Positions 1 through 8,628 of a stretch of 32,000 bases of DNA are shown one piece after another; the first letter of the stretch is position 1, and every line of letters begins with the position of its first letter. Where the stretch lies: NCBI GenBank assembly GCA_050117315.1, contig JASFMY010000027.1, forward strand, positions 5,610 through 37,609, given 5' to 3'. The position numbers and the translations under genes were made by a program. The notes under the pieces were generated by a model. That model was not told the origin of the DNA. It saw nothing but the letters and a program-made list of their open reading frames with translations, and ran no database searches. The stretch is from Ignavibacteria bacterium (GTDB lineage: Bacteria > Bacteroidota > Ignavibacteria > Ignavibacteriales > Melioribacteraceae).

Positions 1-2
1 CA

Positions 3-1439
3 GGCATTCCTGACGACAACATCCAAAACATTGCCGGGGCAAGCAGTTATTCAGTAGATGAATCACGAAGTAAGTGGACACAAATTTCATATCTGTCACG
101 CGCTCAATACTTTTATAAGCAAAGATATCAAATTTCATTTTCTGTAAGAGCCGACGGTTCATCTCGTTTTGGGGATGACTCCAAGTGGGCGGTATTTCCC
201 TCTGTTTCAGCCGGTTGGATTTTTAGCGATGAACCATTCTTTCCCAAATCAAAAGTAGTAACATTTGCAAAGTTGAGAGCAAGCTGGGGACAAACGGGAA
301 ATAATCAGATTGGAGCATATAGTTCAAAAGCATTGGTTACGTCCGATGAATATGTTTTCGGAGAAGAATTAAATTCAGGATATAGCCCTTCAAGCTCGCC
401 GAATCCGTCACTTTCATGGGAATCAAATTCATCAACTAATCTGGGAATTGACCTGGAATTTTTGAAAAAGATCACTTTTACTATGAATTATTATTATTCG
501 ATTACCAAAGATCTTTTATTGGATGTTCCTGTCCCGGAACAATCAGGTTACAGTGAGTCACTTCAAAATATAGGCGAAGTTCAAAATACCGGGTTTGAGT
601 TTCAACTAGCCGCTTCCGGCTTAGATGTTGGCCCTGTTAAGTGGGATTTTTCCGGCAACTTAACTACTAATAGTAATGAAGTTTTGGCACTTGCTCCCGA
701 CCAAACTGAAATTAGTACGGGTAAGGATGGGGCTTTCAGAACAATTATCGGTGGTCCTATTGCGGAAATTTACGGTTATAATATCATTGGTGTTTATAAG
801 ACAGAAGAGCAAATCGATAATTCGCCCCATCTTAGCGGGACGTTGACTGGCGATTATATTGTAGAGGACCTAAATAACGATGGAGTTATTGATAATAATG
901 ATAAAAAAGGATTCGGAACTTATGAACCCGATTTTATTTATAGCTTTAGTTCTTCTTTCACTTATGATGCATTTCAATTAAGCTTTTCATTTCAAGGAGT
1001 TGTGGGAAGAACAATTTATGATTACGACCAGGCATATATTACTGAAGTTGGAGAAGGTTTCGGTGTCCCTAGTAAATACTACTTTGATAACAGGTATCAT
1101 CCTGAAAACAACCCTGACGGTTTTTTTGCACAGCCCAATATGGGAAATTTTTCATCTGCAAGGAAAAATACCCGGGCATCAAGTATTCACTTCCAGGACG
1201 GTTCCTATTTAAGACTGCGTAACATTTGTTTATCTTATGATCTGCCCAAAGAACTAATCAACCCGTTTGGACTTAGCAGTTTCAGAATTTATGTTTCTGC
1301 CAATAATCTTTTTACGATAACAGATTATAGAGGTTTTAATCCCGAAGCAACAAGCACTACTATATTAACCGCCGGTTACGGAAGATCAAATTATCCGTTG
1401 GCTAAATCATATATTTTGGGATTTAACATAAAATTATAA
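3..1439 (+). CDS. SusC/RagA-type TonB-dependent outer-membrane receptor, C-terminal part (5' end lies outside the window)
   Basis: The frame is open from nt 3, with no stop upstream of the TTG at 273, so the ORF-track start is a window-edge artefact. The translation contains ...FAKLRASWGQTGNNQIG... and ends ...YPLAKSYILGFNIKL, a barrel-closing C-terminus typical of SusC-like receptors. A SusD-like gene follows 13 nt downstream. Confidence 0.9.
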   Translation, partial: GIPDDNIQNIAGASSYSVDESRSKWTQISYLSRAQYFYKQRYQISFSVRADGSSRFGDDSKWAVFPSVSAGWIFSDEPFFPKSKVVTFAKLRASWGQTGNNQIGAYSSKALVTSDEYVFGEELNSGYSPSSSPNPSLSWESNSSTNLGIDLEFLKKITFTMNYYYSITKDLLLDVPVPEQSGYSESLQNIGEVQNTGFEFQLAASGLDVGPVKWDFSGNLTTNSNEVLALAPDQTEISTGKDGAFRTIIGGPIAEIYGYNIIGVYKTEEQIDNSPHLSGTLTGDYIVEDLNNDGVIDNNDKKGFGTYEPDFIYSFSSSFTYDAFQLSFSFQGVVGRTIYDYDQAYITEVGEGFGVPSKYYFDNRYHPENNPDGFFAQPNMGNFSSARKNTRASSIHFQDGSYLRLRNICLSYDLPKELINPFGLSSFRIYVSANNLFTITDYRGFNPEATSTTILTAGYGRSNYPLAKSYILGFNIKL

Positions 1440-1452
1440 AGGAAACTTAAAT

Positions 1453-2856
1453 ATGAAAAAGAGTACGTTTTTTTTAATAATAGTTATTATGATCTTTAGT
1501 AACTCGTGTCATGATGAGTTACTACAGGAACCAATAACTGAAAAAGTAACAACAAATTTTTATTCTACCGAAATAGAAATTGAAGAAGCAATTATTGGTG
1601 TATATGCCGCATTGCAGGAAGACGGTTTATACAATGCTTATCTTACTGTCCTAGGTGAAATCCCGTCGGACAACACCTTTGACGAAGTACCTGCAAACGA
1701 TGACGGAAATTACGGACAATTAGATGAATTTACGGTAATCTCCTCTAATGCAATAATAAGTGGAACGTGGCAAGATTCGTATGTTGCTATTCAACGCGCA
1801 AATGTAGTACTGAACCGGATTGAAGATGTAGGGTTTGAAGATGAAACCGTAAAAAACTCCAGAAAAGGTGAGATGAGATTTATACGCGCATTGCTCTATT
1901 TTAACCTGGTAAGAATTTATGGCGACGTTCCTTTAGTTGTAGAAGAAGCAGAAGATGTTAACGACTATTTTGGACAGGGGCGTACATCTGAAGATGAAGT
2001 TTATACTCAAATTAAAGAAGACCTGACAGAGGCAATAGAACTTTTACCGTTGACTGTAAGCGAACAGGGAAGAGTAACAAGAGGTGCGGCTCAAGCGCTT
2101 TTGGGTAAAGTACTGTTAACTTTACAAAATTTTTCTCAAGCCGAAGTCTATTTGCAGAACGTGGTTTCCTCCGGTAGTTATTCACTTGTGTCTAAGCCTG
2201 ACCTTGTATTTGGAGTAGAAAACGAAAACAATCAAGAAATTATATTTGCCGTCCAATTTGCATCGGGTGTTAACGGGAATAGTGAAGGAAGTGATGCATT
2301 CCGTTTATTCAGTCCTTCAGGTACAGTAAGTAGTGCCAAAGGACATAATTTACCTACCAAAAGCCTTTATGCTCTTTACACTGATGAAGATCTGCGCAAA
2401 GAAACTTATCTGGGGGTTACTTCAGAAGGGATACCTTACTCTAAAAAACTTTCCGAACCGTCGACTACATCAAGCGATGGAGGCAGTGATTGTATCGTAC
2501 TCAGATATGCGGACGTATTGTTAATGCTGGCCGAAGTAAAAAATGAACTTGGCAATACTTCGGAAGCTGCTAGTTATTTAAATATGATTAGAGAGCGTGC
2601 CGGTCTTTCGGCTGTTGAAGTTAGTTCGCAAAGTGATTTAAGGGACGCCATTGAATTGGAAAGAAGATTGGAATTAATCGGCGAAGGACATCACTGGTTT
2701 GATTTACTGCGTACAGATAAAGCAATCGAGGTTATGAATTCCTGGTTTAATAGCGAAAATAAGAACATTACAATTGATGACCACAACCTATTGATGCCGA
2801 TACCTCAAGACCAAATTGATACTGATCCGGCAATACAACAAAATCCGGGTTACTAA
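1453..2856 (+). CDS. SusD/RagB-family nutrient-binding outer-membrane lipoprotein
   Basis: Lipoprotein signal (MKKSTFFLIIVIMIFSNSC). SusD-like helical/TPR core motifs are present (YAALQEDGLYN, RANVVLNRIE, EMRFIRALLYFNLVRIYGDVPL, RYADVLLMLAEV, ERRLELIGEGHHWFDLLR). It sits immediately after the SusC-like gene. Confidence 0.92.
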   Translation: MKKSTFFLIIVIMIFSNSCHDELLQEPITEKVTTNFYSTEIEIEEAIIGVYAALQEDGLYNAYLTVLGEIPSDNTFDEVPANDDGNYGQLDEFTVISSNAIISGTWQDSYVAIQRANVVLNRIEDVGFEDETVKNSRKGEMRFIRALLYFNLVRIYGDVPLVVEEAEDVNDYFGQGRTSEDEVYTQIKEDLTEAIELLPLTVSEQGRVTRGAAQALLGKVLLTLQNFSQAEVYLQNVVSSGSYSLVSKPDLVFGVENENNQEIIFAVQFASGVNGNSEGSDAFRLFSPSGTVSSAKGHNLPTKSLYALYTDEDLRKETYLGVTSEGIPYSKKLSEPSTTSSDGGSDCIVLRYADVLLMLAEVKNELGNTSEAASYLNMIRERAGLSAVEVSSQSDLRDAIELERRLELIGEGHHWFDLLRTDKAIEVMNSWFNSENKNITIDDHNLLMPIPQDQIDTDPAIQQNPGY

Positions 2857-2928
2857 TTTCATTATTTAACGGAATGAGTTTTGTCATCTGGACATTAAAA
2901 TATAATAAAACTAGGGCTGGAGAAATTT

Positions 2929-3933
2929 ATGATAAAATTAAAGTTCATTTTGTTTTGTTTGATCTTTGCTGTTCAAGCCTGTAATGCGGATGAGCCGGAC
3001 AAACAAGCAAGTAAGTTCAATTATGAAGTCTCGCAAATGGAAAAGGAAAATATTGATGATATTAAATCTCTTCTCGAAGATTCGAATAGTGATAAAGTTA
3101 TGACTATTTTACACCGGGGGGACTGGCGTAATGCACCGGAAAATTCACTTCAAGCCATTCAAAATGCCATAGATATGGGAATTGATATTGTTGAGATTGA
3201 CATAAGAAAAACCAAGGACGGTGAGTTTATACTCATGCATGATAATACTCTCAACAGAACCACAACAGGCAAAGGCTTAGTAAGTGATTACACACTTGCT
3301 GAAATTAAACAGTTAAATCTAAAAAATGGTCTTGGGTCTACGAGAGTAAAACATAAAGTCCCTTCTTTAAGAGAAGCTCTCCTTCTGGCAAAAGGCAAAA
3401 TTATGTTTAATGCCGACAAAGCCTACGATTACATTAGGGAAATCCATGAGCATGCCAAGCAAACTGGAACGGCAGACCATATAATCTACAAGGGCTGGGT
3501 AGACTTTGATAAGTTTATTCAGGATTACGGAGATTTAAAGGATAGTATTTATTTTATGCCGATTGCTGATCTGCGTAAAAAAGAAGGGAATAAAGACTTT
3601 GTAATTAAGGTAGAAAATGAAAACGGGGAAAGCATGGTTGAAGAGTTTGTAACAAAGCTCCAACCGGTTGCTATCGAATTTGTGTTTGCAGATACGCTGT
3701 CAAGTGTACTTAATAAATTATACGAATATAGAAAACAAGGTACAAGAACATGGGTTAATAGTCTTTGGCCTTCAATATGTGCCGGTTATGATGACGATGC
3801 CGCTCTAAGCAATCCCGATTCAGTATACGGTTGGTTGATTAGCAAAGGATTTAACATGATACAAACAGATAGACCAAAGTTTTTACTCGATTATTTGAAA
3901 AACAGAAATAGTGCCGGTTCTTTAGCACACTAA
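2929..3933 (+). CDS. Glycerophosphodiester phosphodiesterase (GDPD) family lipoprotein
   Basis: Signal peptide with lipobox-like FAVQAC. GDPD catalytic-core pattern HRGDWRNAPENSLQAIQNAIDMGIDIVEIDIRKTKDGEFILMHDNTLNRTT. An AGGA-like RBS (gctggagaaatttATG) precedes the start. Confidence 0.85.
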   Translation: MIKLKFILFCLIFAVQACNADEPDKQASKFNYEVSQMEKENIDDIKSLLEDSNSDKVMTILHRGDWRNAPENSLQAIQNAIDMGIDIVEIDIRKTKDGEFILMHDNTLNRTTTGKGLVSDYTLAEIKQLNLKNGLGSTRVKHKVPSLREALLLAKGKIMFNADKAYDYIREIHEHAKQTGTADHIIYKGWVDFDKFIQDYGDLKDSIYFMPIADLRKKEGNKDFVIKVENENGESMVEEFVTKLQPVAIEFVFADTLSSVLNKLYEYRKQGTRTWVNSLWPSICAGYDDDAALSNPDSVYGWLISKGFNMIQTDRPKFLLDYLKNRNSAGSLAH

Positions 3934-4128
3934 TTATTGTAGCTCAAGGCTAAAGAATTTATTTCGAAATAATTGGATACCCCTGAAGAATTTTAGATTT
4001 CCAAGAATAGGCGAAGTTAGTGTAGTGTAAGTTTATTATTGAATGTATTTGCATTTGTTTTCCGTGAATAAGTGATAGAGTTAATGGTGCTTATGTAGGT
4101 AGCAAGACATTTATTGGAGCTAAAATTC

Positions 4129-4163
4129 AAACCCTCTTTCATTTTATGATTGAGGGTTTTTTA
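4129..4163 (+). terminator. Rho-independent terminator-like hairpin (aaaccctc-N15-gagggttt + T-run)
   Basis: Perfect 8-bp stem (4129-4136 / 4152-4159) followed directly by tttt. It lies about 195 nt after the GDPD stop codon. Confidence 0.6.
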
Positions 4164-4245
4164 TTGAGAGATTTTATGTGGTTCTCAGAAAGAGTCTTGG
4201 ACTTGACAGAGGTTTATAGGCCTTGTTTGAATAATTTTACAAACA

Positions 4246-4299
4246 GCAAGGTAATTAATTGAAGTGAAAAATTTTCTTCATGTTTACTAATTACCTTGC
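4246..4299 (-). terminator. 12-bp perfect inverted repeat downstream of the metalloprotease gene (candidate terminator)
   Basis: gcaaggtaatta (4246-4257) and taattaccttgc (4288-4299) are exact reverse complements with a 30-nt loop, 33 nt beyond the stop at 4332. On the minus strand the trailing sequence is only moderately T-rich. Confidence 0.4.
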
Positions 4300-4331
4300 C
4301 GGAGTAATAAAATCCACTTGTTAGTTCGTTA

Positions 4332-6644
4332 TCAGGAAACCGAAAAATTTCTTTGAGCAATGTTATTATCAAAGGGAACTAATCTCCAGTTCCCAAGCGG
4401 TTTACCCTGAATAACGGGATTATCAACTATACTTGGATCTCCGTCTGCGGAAGCAACCATTAATACTCCCATATTGCTGCTAATGTTTGGAGTCCATTCA
4501 AACGGGCCTACTACCGTTTCTCCTTTTGAAGCAACTGAACCGATTACCGGTAATTCACTTGTTAAAGCAGGAGCCCAATTTTGGGGCCAATTAAATTCTA
4601 CTGAAGAATTTGACTGGTAGCATTTAATTTTAATGTTATCCGCATCATCAGTCCCGCGATTTTTAAGTCTAACATATAAATAGTTTGTTTTATTCAATAT
4701 TGGGGTTTGGTTTGAACTTCCGCCGTCGTTTGAGTTTCTATTCCAAATATCCTGGCAGTTTTGCCAATCATTTAAGTATTGATACTCTCCCTCCCTGCCG
4801 TCGTTAATATAAACATCAACTGCTGGCGGTTCTCCAGGTTGAGTATAAGGTTTTGGGGTTCCCGGTTTCTGGTAAAGTCCTTGTTTTTCAAAACTCCACC
4901 TAATAACTTTATAATTTGTGCCTCCGGTTTGGTTCTGGAAATCAACCGTGTTTTTATCAGCCTGCATTAAAGCATTTACATAAACTTTAGGATCAGTTGT
5001 TGTATGGGTTAACATTCCGCAACTTTTTACGATTAAATAAAACATGTACATTGATGCGAACTGTTTATCGGTTAATTGTGAAGACCCTCCTCCGGTGGAT
5101 TGATAAGTCCTAAAAAGTGTGGTTGAAAGAACTTGTTCTCCGCCATATTGAGTATTATAATGAGTACCGAACCAAGCCCATCCGTCGGAAACTGTTCTAT
5201 CGTGCCTTCTTTGCATGCCCGGATTAGAATTAGTAATAAAAGGAAATGTTTCCCCTTTATCCGGCGCTAATGAATTTGGGTCTGCATAAATTGCCGCCAT
5301 TGAATCACCAGCACTATGAGCAAACCCGAAATTAGGCGAGTTAACATGGTTCCATAATAAAGCATGACCGAATTCATGAAGGACAACCCTAAGAGCAGTA
5401 GCAATACCGACGTTATAGTTCTGTTCAACAATCCCAAATCTTAGAGAACCTAAACCGTTTCCTGCTGCGTTCCCGTTTGCCGAGGCATTTACGGCTCCTC
5501 CTTTACCGCGATGATCTACGGGAACAGGGAACGAGGTACCGCCAAAATATGTTGGTACATCTATTCCAAGTTCACTGATATAACGGAAAACAAAATCACA
5601 ATGATAATATGCATTTATTGCAGAGAAGTCATTGGTTGTGGAGCCGTAATAAAAATTTTCACCTGCAGGCTTCGTTGGCGGCGCAATATTTGGCGGTGCA
5701 ATATCTTCCAATTTTACGTAATTCCCTTCTAAAGATTGTACATTATTTTGAGGAGGAATCAACCCAGGTACCGGAACTTCACTTATTGATTTATTAAGTT
5801 TATCTTCGCTTGTACCTCCCCTACAATCCGAGCATCCTTGAGTTACAGGATCAATTTGAAAGATTGAACCGGAAATTCCTGAAACCAGGGCTCTCAAATA
5901 TAAAACTGAACCGGTTTGAATTTCTATTAAGGTTCTCCAGTTCATATCGGAGCCTTCTTTATCTTTCAAAGTAAAAAACACTTCTGAAACAGTGTAATAT
6001 TTATTATCCAGTATTTTTTTATCTACTTCGGGAATATCTATCGTTGGCGGAATAACTTCCAAAGCCTTTTCAATATTTTTTAATTCGGGTGTCAACCGGT
6101 CTTCTGCTTTATAAAGATAAATAGCTGTAGAAACACTATTTATTGAGGGCAACTCTTTGAGGTTTTCCAATCCAAGAACAGATTGAAGTTTTTTCTGCGA
6201 AACCTTGCCTTCTGCAAACTTTGCAGAATCCAGGTTCGGCTTATCAAGCATTAACTCATAGTGTGAATTATTTGAAGAACCCAAAACACCCATTGTGTCT
6301 GAGTTTATTCTAACACTCAAATTTGAATTTAATACAGGTATACCGTAATAATTTTGTTCAAAGGTAACGACAGAAATATTATCCAATTTTTTTTCATTCA
6401 AAAAACGAAATTCTGTTTTTTCATCTGTAAGGGCTTTGCTTTTAGGAAATGTTAAATTGCTTAGTGATTTATCCGTCAGCTTGTAGTGAACAGCTACCTG
6501 ACGGAGATACTCTTCAGCAAGTTCTTTTGTAGACATTTTTCTAAGTGAAGGACTTCTATATGGTTCAAGCGAATGATCAAGTTCCCGGATTATTCCGTTA
6601 TCATCAATGATGAGATCCGTATTAGCATTTAAATTTATGGCCAT
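4332..6644 (-). CDS. Zinc metalloprotease (HEFGH motif) with FTP-like N-terminal propeptide region and C-terminal beta-sandwich (CARDB-like) domain; no signal peptide
   Basis: Motif VVLHEFGHALLWNH is HExxHxxxxxH, the metzincin-like spacing of the third His but with Leu at the usual Gly position. The N-terminal ~130 aa (AEEYLRQVAVHYKL...VVTFEQNYYGIPVLNSNLSVRI) resemble fungalysin/thermolysin propeptide architecture. C-terminal pattern YLYVRLKNRGTDDADNIKIKCY. Strong SD (aaggaggaagtaATG). The N-terminus MAINLNANTDLIIDD has no hydrophobic leader. Confidence 0.8.
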   Translation of the reverse strand: MAINLNANTDLIIDDNGIIRELDHSLEPYRSPSLRKMSTKELAEEYLRQVAVHYKLTDKSLSNLTFPKSKALTDEKTEFRFLNEKKLDNISVVTFEQNYYGIPVLNSNLSVRINSDTMGVLGSSNNSHYELMLDKPNLDSAKFAEGKVSQKKLQSVLGLENLKELPSINSVSTAIYLYKAEDRLTPELKNIEKALEVIPPTIDIPEVDKKILDNKYYTVSEVFFTLKDKEGSDMNWRTLIEIQTGSVLYLRALVSGISGSIFQIDPVTQGCSDCRGGTSEDKLNKSISEVPVPGLIPPQNNVQSLEGNYVKLEDIAPPNIAPPTKPAGENFYYGSTTNDFSAINAYYHCDFVFRYISELGIDVPTYFGGTSFPVPVDHRGKGGAVNASANGNAAGNGLGSLRFGIVEQNYNVGIATALRVVLHEFGHALLWNHVNSPNFGFAHSAGDSMAAIYADPNSLAPDKGETFPFITNSNPGMQRRHDRTVSDGWAWFGTHYNTQYGGEQVLSTTLFRTYQSTGGGSSQLTDKQFASMYMFYLIVKSCGMLTHTTTDPKVYVNALMQADKNTVDFQNQTGGTNYKVIRWSFEKQGLYQKPGTPKPYTQPGEPPAVDVYINDGREGEYQYLNDWQNCQDIWNRNSNDGGSSNQTPILNKTNYLYVRLKNRGTDDADNIKIKCYQSNSSVEFNWPQNWAPALTSELPVIGSVASKGETVVGPFEWTPNISSNMGVLMVASADGDPSIVDNPVIQGKPLGNWRLVPFDNNIAQRNFSVS

Positions 6645-6721
6645 TACTTCCTCCTTAATTCTATTTGGCTATTGTTTACTCCATTTTTTATCTCAAGATA
6701 AATCAATATTACTCAAATAAT

Positions 6722-8077
6722 TTATTCAACTTCAACACTAACTATTCCATTACGTTGAAAGTTTGTTTTTGAAATAGGGGAATAACCTGAAACATGTACA
6801 TGAATATTATAATTGCCCGGTGTTTTTGTATCTACCACCTTCCCTTCATGAACCGCATTTGATTTACTTATTTCTTTTAAATGAACCGGGTATTGAATAG
6901 GGCCGAGAATATCTTTTTTGGGTAATAGAGAATTTCTATATTTATTTAATTTTGCATGATCCATGGATGTTTTCTCGTCTATATCAATACTATCGGCAGC
7001 GAAATTACTCAATTCCTTGGAGTGTTTCTTAATCGCTTCTGCACTACTTAACATTGGCTTTTCAATACGAGCATGCATTTGTAAATTTTCTACAGGTTGA
7101 CCTTTGTCTTTTACTTGAGCTGTGAAAGACAGTTTGTTGCCTGCTTTAATTTTGTCTGGAGCGGATATATCAAAATTAATGGCACTAGCTGAATCGGCCG
7201 GAAATTCAAATGCACCGGAAGTTGTTCCTAAAGTTTGGGGATTATTTCCGCATATTACCTGTATATACCATTGTCCGGATACCGGAGCCGGGGTATCATA
7301 AACAACATAACCACCTCCCACTATAACCGGATCTTTTATAAGTGAACCATCAGGTTGAACAAGGGTTACGCTGATTTCATTATTACCCGGATTAGGGGTA
7401 TTGGTATATCTAACTGAGTTATCATCCCAGACTACCCCGAATTGTGACTCGGAGTTATCTTTTGATATTACCGCAGGTATCAGCTTAAACTGCTGCGAAG
7501 CAACAAGATTCAAGGTATTTTGAACTGATTGCACATACGAGGGTTGAGCCCTAATATCATTGAAGATAAGCATCATTGTTGAAGGGTAGGGGGCTACGTA
7601 AAACTTGCCTCCTGTTCTGTCTGCAATAGTTTTTAATAAATTCTTATCCGCATTGTCTCCCATTGCACAACTATAAACCGGGTAACTTGGTAATACATCA
7701 AGAGGACTGGTTCCACAGTTTTGATATCCGTCCGATAATAATACCATAGCTTTAGGCGTTGATGCTGAATCCAGCAGCGTTCTTGCGCTTGAAATTCCGC
7801 CTCCCATATTTGTGCAATTTCCGTTAAATGCAACATCATTAATTGCTGATGCTGCTTCCCGGCATTGATCTAGATTGCTATTAACAATTGCTAATTGAGT
7901 TCCGCTGGTGGGATAATTAATACTTCCGTTATCCTTGAATGTTACTACGCCAATTCCGTCTCCCGGTCTGGCGTAACTGACAAATGCACTTGAATCCCTT
8001 TTGGTTATATCGACATAACCGTTCGAAGTCATACTATAAGATGCATCAATTACTGTTACTGCATTAGCTGTTCCCAT
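6722..8077 (-). CDS. von Willebrand factor type A (vWA) domain protein with C-terminal Ig-like/beta-sandwich domains; no signal peptide
   Basis: Start re-assigned to the ATG at 8077, preceded by a perfect AGGAGG (aaaggaggaaaaATG). The complete MIDAS signature is visible: VIDASYSMT (DxSxS), NCTNMGGG (Thr), VLLSDGYQN (Asp). The gene lies 77 nt upstream of the protease gene with no terminator between them. Confidence 0.85.
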   Translation of the reverse strand: MGTANAVTVIDASYSMTSNGYVDITKRDSSAFVSYARPGDGIGVVTFKDNGSINYPTSGTQLAIVNSNLDQCREAASAINDVAFNGNCTNMGGGISSARTLLDSASTPKAMVLLSDGYQNCGTSPLDVLPSYPVYSCAMGDNADKNLLKTIADRTGGKFYVAPYPSTMMLIFNDIRAQPSYVQSVQNTLNLVASQQFKLIPAVISKDNSESQFGVVWDDNSVRYTNTPNPGNNEISVTLVQPDGSLIKDPVIVGGGYVVYDTPAPVSGQWYIQVICGNNPQTLGTTSGAFEFPADSASAINFDISAPDKIKAGNKLSFTAQVKDKGQPVENLQMHARIEKPMLSSAEAIKKHSKELSNFAADSIDIDEKTSMDHAKLNKYRNSLLPKKDILGPIQYPVHLKEISKSNAVHEGKVVDTKTPGNYNIHVHVSGYSPISKTNFQRNGIVSVEVE

Positions 8078-8472
8078 TTTTCCTCCTTTTTTTGTAAATG
8101 ATTTTTGTTTAAGCTTTTTTATTTTTTGTATAAGAATAAAAAAATCAAAAAAGGCGATGAATCTTCCTATTGCCTGGGAATTTAATTGAATAGTGAACAT
8201 TAAGTGTATGAATTAACCGAATGTAATTAAATACTATGTAGTTACGTGATTCAGGATTTATATCAATCTTCAGGAAGAACAATGAGTTATTAATTTATAT
8301 ATTATTTGTTAAATCGGCAATAATAAAATTGAAATATTAATTATAAAGATTAAAAATAGAGAGCTGGCTACAGCTTTATAGTCGGTGGCGAAAAAATTAG
8401 AACGCAGTAAGCAAAGAATCTTCTGAAAATTTTGGAAAACAGAAATGCAGATTGCTATGATCTTTTTCTAAA

Positions 8473-8597
8473 TTTAATCCACCTTCGCATTCGCTACGGC
8501 AGGCGAGAAGACGGGGTTTAATTCCCCGTCGCTTGCGGCGGAACAGTGTTCGGTTCGCCACGGCGAATTGTCCCGAGGTTCATACCATTGATTGAAG
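8473..8597. repeat. GC-rich structured repeat, copy A (125 nt; lacks the ~44-nt internal hairpin of copy B)
   Basis: Aligns along its whole length with 24441-24610, including 43 consecutive identical nt. Contains the hairpin acgggg-tttaatt-ccccgt. Ends 31 nt from the stop codon of the minus-strand kinase. Confidence 0.85.
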
Positions 8598-8628
8598 TCA
8601 CGGGGTTTAAAGTGACGAAATAACGAGC

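Noticed and set aside
8078-8200. N-terminal 41-codon extension of the vWA ORF in the ORF track (MFTIQLNSQAIGRFIAFFDFFILIQKIKKLKQKSFTKKGGK)
   Set aside because: A perfect AGGAGG sits 4 nt before the internal ATG at 8077, and the vWA beta-1 strand starts right there. The extension is AT-rich, low-complexity read-through. It could otherwise have been mistaken for a signal/TM anchor, so the start should be verified experimentally.
8473-8597. GC-rich repeat as a tRNA/tmRNA fragment, riboswitch or small ribozyme
   Set aside because: ggttcatacc does not form a T-arm because there is no complementary stem. No B12 box, TPP, ykkC-order or fluoride-type core was found. No CUGAUGA...GAAA hammerhead core occurs on either strand. 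Its position relative to genes is inconsistent among copies.
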